DNA of 63,325 nt, the filler included, from Chiloscyllium plagiosum (lineage: Eukaryota): assembly GCF_004010195.1 (NCBI RefSeq). It is 3 parts of one record of this genome, joined end to end, with 100 filler letters (N's around TTAATTAATTAA, not from the genome) between each part and the next. Parts side by side here need not be neighbours in the genome. Positions count along the whole stretch, not along the records: positions 1 to 30,150 come from NC_057710.1; 2 more parts are not named here. The stretch is one strand, 5' to 3'. Each line of letters starts with the position of its first letter. The stretch's first letter is position 1. The notes under the pieces are model-generated. The model worked only from the letters and a program-made list of their open reading frames with translations. It had not been told where the DNA came from and did not search any database. Below, in pieces: positions 12,021 to 25,269 of this stretch. The translations under genes were made by a program, and so were the position numbers.

Positions 12021-14200
12021 TCAGACAGACAGATTTCCCTGTATCCCATGCCGCCTTACTTTCTGCTTGAGCCTACCATGGGAATTCTTATCAAATGCCT
12101 TGCTAAAATCCACGTACACCACATCCACTGCTCTACCTTCAAAGTGTTTTGTCACAGTCTCAAAGAATTCAATAAGATTTGTGAGGCATGATCTGCCCCT
12201 CACAAAGCCATACTGACTATGTCTAGTGAAACTATGGTTTTCCAAGAAATCATAAATCCTGTCTCTCAGAAATCTCCAATATTTTGCCCACCACTGACAT
12301 AAGACTGACTGGTCCATAATTCCCAGGATTATCCCTATTCTGTTTCTTGAACAAGGGAATAACATTTGCCACCCTCCAATCATCTGGCACTACTCCAGTG
12401 GACAGTGAGGATGCAAAGATAATTGCCAAAGGTGCAGCAATCTCTTCCCTCACTTCCTGTAGTAACCTCAGGTATATCCCGTCTGGCCCAGGGGATTTAT
12501 CTACCTTATGTTTTTCAAATCTTTCAGCACATTCTCCTTCTTAACATCAAAATGTTCGAGCATATCAGTCTGTTTCTTGCTGTCCTCAGAAATGTCAAGG
12601 TTCCTCTCAGTAGTGAATACTAAAGCAAAGTATTCATTAAGGACCTCCCCTACATTCTCCGACTCCAGGTGCAAGTTCTCTCCGCTATCCCTGATTGACC
12701 TACCCTCACTCTGGCCATCCTCTTGTTCCTCATGTAAGCGTAGATGCCTCAGGGTTTTCTTTAATCCTACTCGCTAAAGTTTCTTCATGCTCCCTTCTAG
12801 CTCTTCCAAGTCCACTCTTCAGTTTCTTCTGGACTACCTTGTAATCCTCTAAAGCTCTGTCTGATCCTTGCCTCCTCAACCTTAAGCAAGCTTCATCTTT
12901 CTCTTTACTAGATGTTCCACATCCCTTGTCACCCAAGGTTCTTTCATCCTACCATCCCTTCCTTGCCTCAGTGGGACAAACCTGTCCAGCACAATCAGCA
13001 AGTACTTCCGAAACAACCTCCACATTTCTGTCATGTATCTCCCTGACAATATCTGTTCCCAATAGAGACATAGAAGATAATCAGAGTATTAGATAGGGTA
13101 GACAGTGAAAGTCTTTTTTCTAGGATGATGACGTCAGCTTGTACAACGGGGCATAATTACGAGTTGAGGGGTGATAGATTTAAGACAGATGTCAGAGGCA
13201 GGTTCTTTACTCAGAGTGGTAAGGGCGTGGAATGCCCTGCCTGTCAATGTAGTTAACTCATACACATTAGGGAGATTTAAACAATCCTTGGATAAGCACA
13301 TGGATGATGATGGGATAGTGTCGGGGGAAGAGCTGAGAATAGTTCACGGGTCAGCGCAACATCGAGGGCCGAAGGGCCTGTTCTGTGCTGTATTGTTATA
13401 TGTTCTAACTTGTGGTCCACAGTTCCTGCCTAATAGCATTATAATTCCTCCTCCCCCAATTAAATACTTTCCCATATTGTCTGTTCCTACCCCCTTCCAT
13501 GAGAAAAGGTCAGGGAGTTTTAGTGATCACTATCACCGAAATGCTTTCCTACTGAGAGATCTGACACCTGGCATGGTTTGTTGTCAGGAAACAAAATTAA
13601 TATGGCCTCCCCTCTAGTCAGCCTACCACCATATTGAGTCAGAAACCCTTCCTGGACACACTTGGCAAAAACTGCTTCATCCAAACTATTTGAACTAAGG
13701 AGGTTCCAGTCAATATTAGGGAAGCCAAGGTCACCCATGACAACAACCCTGTTCCTTCTGCACATTTCCCAAATCTGTCTCTTAATCTCTGTTGCTATTG
13801 GGGGTCTGTAGGAAACTCCCAATAAAGTGACTGCTCCTTTCCTGTTTCTGACTTCCACCCAGACTGACTCTGTAGACAGACCCTCCTTGACAACCTTCCT
13901 TTCTGCAGCTGTGATACTATCCCTGCTTAGCAATGCCACTCCTCCACTTCTTTTACCTCCCCCTCTATTCCTTTCAAAACATCTAAACCCTGGAATATCC
14001 AGCAACCATTTCTAACCCTGTGATATCCAAGTCTCTATAATGGCCACAACATTAAATTTCCAAGTTATGATCCATGCCCTACGTTTGTTACTCTTATTCC
14101 TGACACTTCTTCCATTAAAATAGACACACTTCAACCTATCACACTGATTGCACCTTTGCCCTATTCCATCTCTCAGACTCTCTGCATGCTGTATCTTCCA
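12021..14200 (-). mobile_element. Decayed CR1 ORF2 (endonuclease + RT) with a younger plus-strand CR1 3' end inserted at ~13065-13405
   Basis: IPGFRCF..RGGGKRSGGVALL, VVVMGDLGFPNIDW, VPDDWRVANVIPLFKK, QYGFVRGRSCLTNLIEFFE, VDVVYVDFSKAFDK, spread over several frames. Confidence 0.9.
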
Positions 14201-14549
14201 AATAGCCTCCAACCCCCCAGGCTGAGGACTCTCAAAAACAATGCCAACATTTACTCCGAAGCAACAGCCTCAGTACGAATACAATCATCTTTGGATCATG
14301 TGAGATGAAGAAAGGATTTGAGCTTTGATCTTCCCTGTTCAACAACAGCCCTGCCTCTCCAAACTGAACTGTACTGGTTCATTTGCTGATCCACGAGGAC
14401 TGAGTTATCTCAGTCTAGTTATCAGCATATGGACCTCAATGATTCTGGGGCAAGAGGAACGAGTGAGGAAAAGAAATAAAATGGTTATGAATTTCTGCTC
14501 CTCATTACGGTTCTATTTCAAAATGCACATTTGTGGGCTTTTTGTATAT

Positions 14550-15245
14550 TCACTCACAGGATTTGGGTGTCTCTGGTTAGGCCAGCATTTATTGCCCATC
14601 CCCAATTGCTGAGAGGGCACTTAATAGTCAACCTCATTGCTGCTGGTCTGAAGTCACATGTAGGCCAGACCAGGTAAGGATGGCAGTTTCCTTCCCTAAA
14701 GATTAGTGACCCAGATGGGTTTTCCCCAACAATTGACAACGCCTCCTAGCAGAGCGCTTTAGGGAACATCTCCGAGATACCCGCACCAACCAACCAAACC
14801 GCCCCGTGGCCCAACATTTCAACTCCCCCTCCCACTCTGCCGAGGATATGGAGGTCCTGGGCCTCCTTCACCGCCGCTCCCTCACCACCAGACGCNNNNN
14901 TATCACCTTCATCCCCTCCCCCACTCACCTATTGTACTCTATGCTACTTTCTCCCCACCCCCACCCTCCTCTAGCTTATATCTCCATGCTTCAGGCTCTC
15001 TGCCTTTATTCCTGATGAAGCGCTTTTGCCCGAAACGTTGATTTTGCCTGTCCTCGGATGCTGCCTGAATTGCTGTGCTCTTCCAGCACCACTGATCCAG
15101 AGAATGATTTCATGGTCATCATCAGATCCTTAATTCCAGATATTCTACATATAGAATATCTGGAATTAAGATATTCTGTCTCCAGAACATTAGCTGACTT
15201 TCTGGATTAATAGTCTAACAATAATATCACGAGGCCACTCCCTCT
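14550..15245 (-). mobile_element. Family-B SINE interrupted by a Penelope 3' fragment
   Basis: SINE core at 14580-14740 resumes at ~15103. Confidence 0.7.
14741..15102 (+). mobile_element. Penelope-like GIY-YIG 3' fragment with terminal repeat
   Basis: AERFREHL...PVAQHFNSPSHSAEDMEVLGLLHR, then cctgatgaagcgcttttgcccgaaacgttg. Confidence 0.85.
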
Positions 15246-15592
15246 CCAGTTGGACTATAATGTGCTGTTTGCCCTCAAGGCTTAAAATTGATGGCAGAGT
15301 TCAAATTTGAAGAATGGTGAAGAGCCGAAGGCCAGCGACTTGCCATCGAATCATACAGAGCATCTAGATTGGTACAACACAGGTGGCAGTCATTCGGCTC
15401 ATGTGCCTACAGAGTTCATTGAACGAGATCTCCAGTTAATCTGGGTTTGGGGTCAAAATTGGGAGGAATGTTGGACAATTTTGACAATTTCCTGATCAGA
15501 AAATACTCAAATGTACGGAAATTATTCAAAGGAAAAACATTGCGAACATAAACATTCTTAGAAAACTTAATTACTCTTTCCGCCATGCTCAC

Positions 15593-18500
15593 CTGATTCT
15601 CTGCTGAGGTGAAGGCATCTCAGCTGGCTGTGTCTCCCGGGGCAAAACCGTAAGCGGCGTCACCTTCGAACCACTGGACTGCAGCGAGTGATGGGGGGTG
15701 ACCGCTGGCTGTGTGGTCTCTGACGGGGGAATAACATTCGAAGGGAAGAAGATGGGAGAGGGGAGATTGGGTACTCTAGAGTTAGTTACAGCCACAGGAT
15801 AAGGGGTAGAGAAGGCCAAAGGCTTGTTACTTGGTGGAGGATGGGCCAGCGGTGCCCTAGTAAAATTAGTGACTGGAAGGGCATGCGGTGCAGCCTTTAA
15901 ATGAAGTTCTTTAAAGCTCAGTCCTCCCTCAAAGGAGGAGTCACAGGCAGCAGAGTAGCTATGGGGTGCAGATAAAGAGCGATCCTCAGTCACTGGCCTA
16001 CCGTTGCTGATAGACTGGAGGTCAACATTCTGGGCAGAAGGCTCGCTTTTATAGGCCATACCATTGGCTTTTTCTGAAATCTGCCCCCAGTCAGATCGTA
16101 CAGTCAAAGATGGACAAAGATCAGGCGGAGAATGCTCAGCCAAGTTGGCTTCTTCTCCTCTGGTTTGCTGTTCCATTTCTGCTCCAAGTGTCACAGGCAC
16201 GCAGGATGGGGAAGGCCTGACCCCAACACTCTGACACACAATCTTGCTGGTTTGGCCATTCTGAGTTTCCACTTCCATGTTCCCAATTAGTGTCTGCTCA
16301 GGATTTATCAGTGTGGAAGCCCCCCTACTCTTTCCAGCTGCTTCACTCATTTCAGACTTCAGCTCTCCAGAGAACTCAATATCACTCCCCAATGACATTG
16401 TGCACTCAGACAAGATAGGACTGGATTTGTGCGGCAGTTCCTCAACGGCTGATATGAACTCCAGCTCTGACTGGTCAGTCTGATCAGGCAAGAACAAGCT
16501 GGCCTCCTCTTTCAGAAATGCATTGCAGCTTTTCTGGATTGGTGGTGGTTTCTCCTCTGCCGGTGAGATGGCCTCTAGTGAGTTCACTGCAGCAGTTGTT
16601 TTCAACAAACTGGGTTGTAATTTAACAGGTTGCTTAGCCTGGTGGACTTCAATTAGCCCCAAAGAAAGAGGTTGGTGGAAATCATCCAATTTGTTTGAAT
16701 TTCCATCATCAATCAATGTGTTTATTCCCTCCACTGAGAGCGCAGAAAGACAGGTCTTATAGTGCTCAACCCCTGTCCTCTCATTTGCACTCAACTCAAC
16801 GGTCCCATAAGAGGCTTCTCCCTTAGTTACCACATCTTTTGATGGTCTAATATTATCCACAAGCTCCTTAGCGGCAGACTCTGCAGCAATAAAATCAGTC
16901 CGATCAGGATTTACCTCATCAACAGCTGGGCATGAGACCACAAGAGAGGCCTTTTGTTCAAACCTTTGATCTGACTGTCGCTCCGCTAAATTTACAGACT
17001 GCGATGAACTTTCTGGAAGGTCAAATGGCATCTCCTTTTCTCTTTTCTGTTCCTTCATCAAGTGGACTGTCTCTTCCAAACCCAGATTGGTGCAAACAAG
17101 TGATCTGGGCGGTTTGGGAGGTGGAGGCCCAATCTGTATAAACTCAGTGTCCGATTGGACGAGGAATTCAGACCTCTCTTTTTCAGCTTCAATGGTCGCT
17201 GGGCTCCCGTCTGCATCCTCACAGGGAATGTCTACATTCTGGAATTTGTGCTCCACTGTGAGAACACATTGACCATATTTAGAGTACTGTTTGTCATCTT
17301 TGCCAAAGAAACCTTGGGAACTGAATGGACAAACATTACCTTGAATATTATCCTCACCATCTTGGAATAAAGGCACAATGTTGGCTTTCGTATTTTTGGC
17401 TCCTGTTGTCCCATCACTCTCATCTGAAGTGACCTCTGGTGCATATACCGATAATAGAGAATTTCCAACATACTGACAACTCTCCGAGTGTTTGGCAGTA
17501 TCCCTTGGGTTTCTGTCACTTTCCTTCAGTGCTGACAGTTTCTCCACATTATGATTGTTTGTGATCTTTTCTTGGTGTATGACAGAAGACTCACATACAG
17601 TGTTTGGTTCAAGCTCAGTTTTCAGTTCTGGTACAAAAGCATGTCTTTCTTTGTTAAGGGCAGCATTTTGAATCATTGGAGATGAGCTACCACCTTCCAC
17701 CTTGGATGGCAGCTCAATGGATGGCGAAAGGGTAGTGTCCTGTAGTGAGCAAGTTCTAATATCTAAGGGTTTTGCATTGTCTGTAGTGGTTCCTTTCAGC
17801 ATTATATTGGAAGATGCATCATTCTTGGGTTCTTTGGCCTGCTGTCCAGAGATGTTCTTCGAAGTGCTGCCACTTGAATTATTGACATGGATTGATGTGG
17901 TATTTGGAGTTGGAACCGAAGGATTCATATCGACAGTCTTGTGATCCACTGCTGGAACGAACATGGAGGAACATTCCGCTTCTCCCTGATACATCGTTTT
18001 CATTTGTTTGGTTTTGAAAGGGGCAGTGACTTTCAAATCTGCCGTTGACAGGACGCTTGTTTGGGCTAACGGTGCATGCATTACTTCACCTTTAACCTCA
18101 GCATCAGGTGGCAGTACAGGGAAGACAGCTGACCACACGGCTGAATCTAGGTTGACCAATGGATCCGAAGTCTCTAGCCTTTGGAAGGAGCTTGTACTTT
18201 CTCTGGCCATTGTAGAAGCTGGGGCAGGAAGTGGGCTGGCAGCAACCTCTTCATTGGCAATAGATTTTGCCAAGTCAAACAAATCGCTTTCATTGGAATC
18301 GGCTGTATTTGAGGAGGGAACTGACACATCAGGTACACCTTGAGACCCAAAGTTTAAACTAGAGAAACAGGAAGTGAATGGAGGAGACTTTAATATCTGA
18401 TCAGCTAAGAGATCCTCAAAGAAAGGGTTACTCTGTAGGGCATTGAAAAAAGGATTGGTAGTTGGCTTTGAGGATGACCCAGGGGCTTCCTCAGCAGTTG

Positions 18501-18670
18501 TGAAAAGGTTAGTGTTAGTTGCGCAATCTGGTGAGCCAGGATTGGTCGAAGTATGAAGAGAATGACGAAGAAGAGACGGAGGAGGAACAGGAAGAGGAGG
18601 ATGTAATGGTAAGCAAGGAAAGAACGAGGGAGCATTTGAATTGGTTTCTACCATAGGAGACACTTCCAGG
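15593..18670 (-). CDS. RAB11FIP5: Giant in-frame cassette exon (3078 nt, ~1026 aa) of the long RAB11FIP5 isoform
   Basis: Lies within the uninterrupted 1058-codon ORF. Branch point CACTAAC (18701-18707), acceptor tctgtcttccctctacAG|C, donor AG|GTGAGC (15591-15592). The exon-final AG joined to the T starting exon 4300 gives AGT (Ser) in frame: ...SPQQRI-S-PHPVKP. Length divisible by 3. Confidence 0.85.
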
Positions 18671-18710
18671 CTGTAGAGGGAAGACAGAATGTTCCTCCTG
18701 GTTAGTGCTA
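18671..18710 (-). promoter_or_regulatory. 3' splice site of the giant exon: branch point CACTAAC, pyrimidine tract, AG
   Basis: Minus strand reads tagCACTAACcaggaggaacattctgtcttccctctacAG. Confidence 0.75.
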
Positions 18711-19599
18711 CGTCAGGGCTAAACATAGTAATCTTATATTTTAACCTGTCTTTCTGGACAGTCACAATGTCTGATCTTATTCAAGTAATTTTTGTTCAAC
18801 TTTGTGCTAGTATTCTAGAATATCTGTCTCATTACAATGCTTACTTCATTGTAGTTTCTGGGACATATCCATATGCTATAATAGGGCCATAAAGGATACA
18901 AAATGGTTATAAATTGTGTGTTGTAATACATGGTCTGCACTGTACATTATTCCAGGGAATAGAACGAGATGACCATAATATTAATAATAACTCAGTTTTT
19001 GCCTGCCTGGACTTTCTTGATTGTTGATCAATGGAACAGAACTCATATTTCTGAGAAGAGGGAGATGTTGTTAAATAAGGGCATTGCCAAGGGTAAATGG
19101 GACAATTGATTTTAGGCTACAATCACATCAGCTTTGATCTTATTAAATGGTGGTGAAGGTTTGAGCAGATCTGCTCCTAATTTATATGAAACATTTCATC
19201 CTACACTTCTTGTTTCCCCTCTGGTTCTTCTATCTGTTTGCTGTGGTTATTGACCCTCCTGCCAATTAAAACCTCTGTCTGATGTCCCCTCCATCCTTCG
19301 TCTGGTCTGATCAAAGGAGATACACCCTTCATTTCCTTAAAAGAAAATCTATCTTCTTCCTCTTCTACACTTTCACTGATGGAGACTTGAAAATTTCTGA
19401 TTCAGTTATCCTTTCCAGCAGTGAGTAGCAGACTCACTCCACGCTCTAGTTGAAAACAAAATTCTCAACTCCACCCTTAGCTTTCTAACCTTTACCTTAA
19501 ATTGGTGCTCCCTAGTTATTAACTCTTATAGTAATGAAAAAAAAGGCCATCCTAAGCACCCAGCCACGCCCCTCTATCAGACCTTCTCTCAGCCTCTCA

Positions 19600-21770
19600 A
19601 TTCATTCATGGAATGTAGGCAATACTGCTCGGGCCAGCATTTGATGCCCTGAGAAAGTGATGGTAATTTACCTTCTTGAACTGCTGCAGTCTACTTTATG
19701 TATAGACATCCACAATCTTTTAGGAAAGGAGTTCCAGGATTTTGACCCAAAACTGAACGAACAACAATATATTTCCAAGTCAAACTGTTAAGTGATGTTC
19801 TCATGTTTCCATCTTTCTGCATGGTCATGGTTGTGGGTTTTGAAGGTGCTGTCAAAAAGACCCTTGGTGAATTCTGCAGTGCATCTTGTAGTATCTTGAG
19901 TAGGTAGTATGGGGAAGTGAAATTCCCTGTATGTAGCATTAATAAAATAGACAGCTTTGTCCTGGATGGTATCAACAAGCTTCTTCAGTGCTGTTGGAGC
20001 TGCACTCATCCAGGCAAATGGGGAGCATTCCAACTCACTCCTGACTTGTACCTTGTACGTGGTGGACAGGTTTTGGGGAGTTAGGTGGTGAGTTATTCAC
20101 TGTAGGATTCCTATCCTCTGACCTGCTCTTGTAACCACTGTTTATTAATGGATAGTTCAGTTCAGTTTCTGGTCAATGAAAATCCGCTGGATTTCAATAG
20201 TAGGGATTCAGTGCTAGGAACAGTACTGAATGTCAAGGGCAATGGTTAGATTGTCTCTTGCTGGAGATCATCATTGCCTGGCCCTTGTATTGTGCAAATG
20301 TTACTTGCTACTTTTCAGCCCAATCATGGAACTTGAACATTGTTCAGCAACGATTGCATGTTGATGATACAGAAAAGGCTCTTTAATGAAGCAGATGAAG
20401 ACTGCTGGGCCTTGGACACTACCTTAGCAACTGGGGCTCTTGTGATGCAGCAGTAGTGTCTGTGTCTTTGAGCCAGAAGGCCTGTCAAACATCTCTGAAC
20501 AAGCTGGTAAGAAAATATCTACCTTGAGGAACTCCCTAGAAATGTCCTGTGGCAGAAATAACTGACCTCCAACAACCACAATTATCTTTTTTGTGCCAGG
20601 TATAACTCCATGCAGCAAGAGATTTCCTCTGATTCCTCTAATTTTGCCAGGGCTCCATGATACCACATCTGTTCGAATGTACCCTTTATGTAAGGGAAGC
20701 ACTCTCACCTCACCTCTGGAGTTCAGCTCTTTTGTGCATGTTTGAACCAAGGCTGTAATGAGGTCAGGAGCTGAGTGGCCCTGGTGGAACCCAACCGGGG
20801 CATCACTGCCCAGGTTATTCCTGAGAAGGTACTGCTTGATAGCACTGTTGATGACACCTTCAATCACTTTACTGATGATCAAGAGTCGACTAATTGGGGG
20901 GGGTGGTTAGCTAGGTTGGATTTATCCTGCTTTTTATGTGTAATACATACCTGGGCAATTTTCCATATTGTCAGGTAGATGCCAATGTGTTTAGCTTTAC
21001 TGCAACAGTTTGGCTAGGGGTGCATCAAGCTCTGGATCAAAATCTTCCGTCCTACAATTAGATTAGATTCCATACAGTGTGGAAACAGGCCCTTCGGCAC
21101 AACAAGTCCACACCGACCCTCTGAAGAGTAACCCACCCAGACCCATTTCCCTCTGACTAATGCACCTAACACTGTGGGCAATTTAGCATGGCCAATTCAC
21201 CTGTCTGGCAAATCTTTGGACTGTGGGAGGAAACCGGAGTACCTGGAGGAAACTCACGCAGATATGGGGAGAATGTGCAAACTCCACACAGGCAGTCACC
21301 CAAGGCTGGAATTGAACCTGGGACCCTGGGTGCTGTGAGGCAGAGTGCTAACCACTGAGCCACCGTGCCACCCTATTGCTGGATATTGTCAGGGCCCAAA
21401 GCCTTTGCATTTGCTTGATATCCTACAGAGTGAATTGAATTGATTGAAGACTGGGATCTGTGTTGCTGGGTACCTCTAGAAGAGGCTGAAATGGGCTATC
21501 CACTCAGCACTTCTGGCCGAAAATTGTTAGGAATAGTCTGGCCTCATGTTTTGCACTGAATATATTGACTCACCCATTTTTAAGGATGAGAATTTTGTGG
21601 TTCCTTCTCCTCCTCCAGTGAGTTGTTTAACTGTCTACCACCATACACGATTGGATGTGATAGGACTGCAGAGCTTAGATCTGATCCGTTGCTTGTGAAA
21701 TCACTTGGCTGTGTTTATTCCTTGCTACTTATGCTGTTTGGCACGCAAGCAGTCCTGTGTTGTAGCTTTG
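19600..21770 (-). mobile_element. Decayed LINE of the CR1/L2 group whose 3' tail matches family-B SINEs
   Basis: IISKVIEGVINSAIKQYLLRNNL..GFHQGHSAPDLITALVQ..KELNSRGEVRV; MECSPFAWMSAAPT; tail ggccagcattt near 19632. Confidence 0.8.
21058..21373 (-). mobile_element. HE1-like V-SINE
   Basis: Full head (ggcacggtggctcagtggttagcact), V-domain and tail. Confidence 0.9.
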
Positions 21771-22138
21771 ACACTAGCATTTTACAGTGAAAGACTTGGG
21801 TATATCAGTTTTTCAGTGAGTAATACAGAGTATTTCAGAGTGTTACGTGGTGGTGTGAGATAGTTCAGTGTCACAGTGCAGAGTGTGGGGCACCAGTATC
21901 GCTCCACATTTAAATCCTCCAAACTTCAAATCAATGTGGATGCTAGATCACAAAGTATTTGGAAGGGAGATAGATGTTTGAAATTTTGAGGAACTGAGTG
22001 CTTTGTAGAACTACACAAAAGAAGAGTTGACGCCTGGGGCAGATCAACATGGTGTTACAGGATGGCAGGGCAGGCTGGAGACACCACATTTCCTATTAAA
22101 GCTTCTATTTCATATGTTCTTGTTATCACCTGAGGAGG

Positions 22139-22330
22139 GTGCTAACTCTCACCAAATTCATAAATGATATTCTGACAGACTGTGAGAAATATAAACTTTC
22201 CTTTCTCAATCTTCTTGACCTGTCTGCAGCCTTTGACATGGTGATAACACCATTCTTCTCTAACCCTTTCCACTGTAATCCACCCAGCTGGGACTGCTCT
22301 CAATCTTATATCATTACAACTAAAAATCAT
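22139..22330 (+). mobile_element. L2 LINE RT fragment
   Basis: LTKFINDIL...LLDLSAAFDMV, an L2 RT motif. Confidence 0.7.
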
Positions 22331-22399
22331 TCGCAATGGTTTCTCTATCTGCGCCTACACTGTTAACTCTGCTGAATCCCCAAGAATCAATACTTGGCG

Positions 22400-24780
22400 C
22401 TGTGCTACGTCTACAGTTATTTACAACATCTAGCAATGACTTAGAAAATGAATGTATTCAGGTCATATTTGTGGACAACTCAAAAGCAGGTGGGAAGGCA
22501 ACTGATGAGGATGACACAGTCTGCAAAGGATACAGAAGGTTAATTGAGTGGGCATAGATGGAATAGAATTTGGTAAAATTGTGAGGCAATGAGCTTTGAC
22601 AGGAAAAATAGAGGAGCTGAGTATTATTTAAAAGAAGAAATACTGCAGAAAGTATGGAACAGAAGAATTTGGGAATCTTCCTGTATAAAAGTTAGCATAC
22701 AGGTTCAGCAGGTAATAGGGAAGACAAATGGAATGTTTTCAAAGGGAATGGAAAATAAAACAGATAAAATTATACTAGGAATTAGTCAGACCATGGCTAG
22801 AATGTTGTGGACAGTTTTGGGTCTCTTTTCTAGGGAAAAAAAAAGACTGGCATTGGAGGCAGTCCCAAGATTCAGGTAGGGAGGGACTGACTTGTCAGGA
22901 GAAGTTGAGTAGACTGGGCCTGTACTTGGAGTTTAAAACCATAAGACCATAAGAAATAGGAGTGGAAGGAAGGCCATTCGGCCCATCGAGTCCACATCGC
23001 CATTTAATCATGGCTGATGGGCATTTCAATGCCACTTACTCACACTCTCCCCATATCCCCTAATTCCCTGCGAAATTAAGAATTTATTAATCTCTGCCAT
23101 GAAGATATTTAATACCATGATCTCCACTGTGCTCTGTGGCAATGAATTCCACAGGCCCACACTCTCTGGTTGAAGAAATGCTTCCTCATTTCCGTTCTAA
23201 ATTGACCCCCTCTAAATCTGAGGCTGAGCCCATGGGTCCTAGTATCCCTGTCTGATGGAAACAATTTCCCAGCGTCCACCCTTTCTAAGCCTGGAATTAT
23301 CTTGTAAGTTTCTATCAGATCTCCCCTCAATCTTCTAAACTCTAATGAATACAATCCAGGATCCTCAGCCGTTGATTGTATATAAGGCCTACATACGTGT
23401 GAATCTCGTCTGGATACTCTCCAGTGCCAGTATGTCGTTCCTGAGGTGTGGGGCCCAAAACTGGGGACCCAATATTCTAAATGGGGCCTAACCAGAGCTT
23501 TATAAAGTCTCAGTAGCACATCACTGCTTTTACATTCCAACCCTCTTGAGATAAATGAGAACATTACATTTGCTTTCTTAACCACGGACTCAACCTGCAA
23601 GTCAACCTTTAGAGAATCCTGTACTAGCATTCTGAGATCCCTTTGTACTTTGGCTTTATGAATTTTCTCACTGTTTAGAAAATAGTCCATGCCTGTGTTC
23701 TTTTCTCCAAAGTGCAAGAAAAATGAGAGGTGACATTATTGAAGCCTACAAGATTCACTGCTCAGACTATTGACTATACGAGTTGGGACTTCATATTGAG
23801 ATTATATAGGATGTTGTTGAGGCCTCTTCTGGAGTTGTGTACACAGTTCTGGTCACCCTGCTATAGGAAGGATGTTCTTAAATTGGAGAGAGTTCAGAAA
23901 AGATTTACCAGAATGTTGTCAGGTTGAAGGGTTTGAATTATACGTTACACTGGGATCAAAGGTTAGTGTAGAAAGTTGGGGATGACCTTATAGAGGCTTA
24001 TAAAATCATGAGGGGCATAGATAAGGTGAATAGCAAAGGTCTTTTTCCAAGGGTCGGGGGGGGGGTCAAAATAGGGGGCATATTTTTAAGGTGAGACGAG
24101 ATGATGCAAAAGGGACCTGAGGGGCAACCTTTTCACACAGAGGATGATTCACATGTGGAATGAACTGCCAGAGGAAGTTGTAGATGCAGGTACATTTACA
24201 ATAGTCAAAAGACATTTGGATAGATACATGAATAGGTTTAGAGGGATATGAGCCAAATGCAGGCAAGTGAGACTAGTTTAGTTTGGGAAACTTGGTCAGT
24301 GTGCACAAGTTGGACTGAGGGGTCTGTTTCCATGCTGTATGACTCTAGATGACTTAACAGGATCAAAGCAGAAAGATTGTTTCCTTTTGTGGGAGAGTCT
24401 AGGATCAGAAAGCACAATCTCAGAAAAAGGGCTGCTCTTTCAAGACAGAGGTGAGGAAGAATATCTTCTCTCAGAGGAGAGTGAATCTATCGAATTCTTT
24501 ACTGCAGAGGGCTGTACAGGCTGGGTTATGAAGTTATCTATCTCAGTATATTCAAGGCTGTGTGTGGAATGCTCTGCCCCAGAAGGCAGTGGAGGCCCAG
24601 TCTCTGGATTCGTTTAAGAAAGAGTTGGATAGAGCTCTCAAGGATAGTGGAATCAAGGGTTATGGAAATAAGGCAGGAACAGGATGCTGATTGAGGATGA
24701 TCAGCCATGATCATAATGAATGGTGGTGCAGGCTCGAAGGGCAGAATAGCCTACTCCTGCACCTATTGTCTATTGTCTAT
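22400..24780. mobile_element. Cluster of nested CR1 fragments (+ 22400-22935, - 22936-23717, + 23760-24345, + 24560-24780)
   Basis: LYKALVRPHLEY, LERVQKRFTRML, RRLRGDLIETYKI motifs; short-repeat tails. Confidence 0.85.
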
Positions 24781-25269
24781 CTTCAGTAAGGGAATCAAGG
24801 AATTTAGGGAAAAGGCAGAACATGGAGTTGAGGATTATCAGACCAGGCTGAATGGTTTACAACTGCTCCTGGGTCTTATGGTTTTATTATCTATCCTAGT
24901 CCTGCTCTTCAGTTTTCATACGTACACTGATGATACCAATTTGACCTCTCCATCAACTCTCCTGATCCAACCACTTTTCCCAAATTTTATGAAATAAGCA
25001 AGGAGTGCCTTCATTTTATATGCTACAGCTATTGTTTTCCTGTCCACACTCCAGACTTAATTCCCTAACAAACAACTCCACCCCTGTCCTACCAGTTCAT
25101 GACTAACCCAGACTGTTCTCTATTATATTTGATCTGGAGATGAGCCTCCCACTTCATATGTATATCATCACTAAAGCTCCTGATTTTAACCTTTCAGCTT
25201 GCCCAATTTTGCCTTATCTCAGCTCATTTGCTGCCGAAACACTCATCAAGGCCTTTCCTATCTTTAGTG

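Noticed and set aside
16277..18343. Plus-strand ORFs overlapping the giant exon
   Set aside because: Antisense shadow frames with no recognisable protein features.
18671..18765. N-terminal 32 codons of the 1058-aa ORF as a stand-alone single-exon gene start
   Set aside because: Non-ATG start, and the stretch contains the branch point and acceptor; better explained as intron. The ORF stop lies within the donor site.
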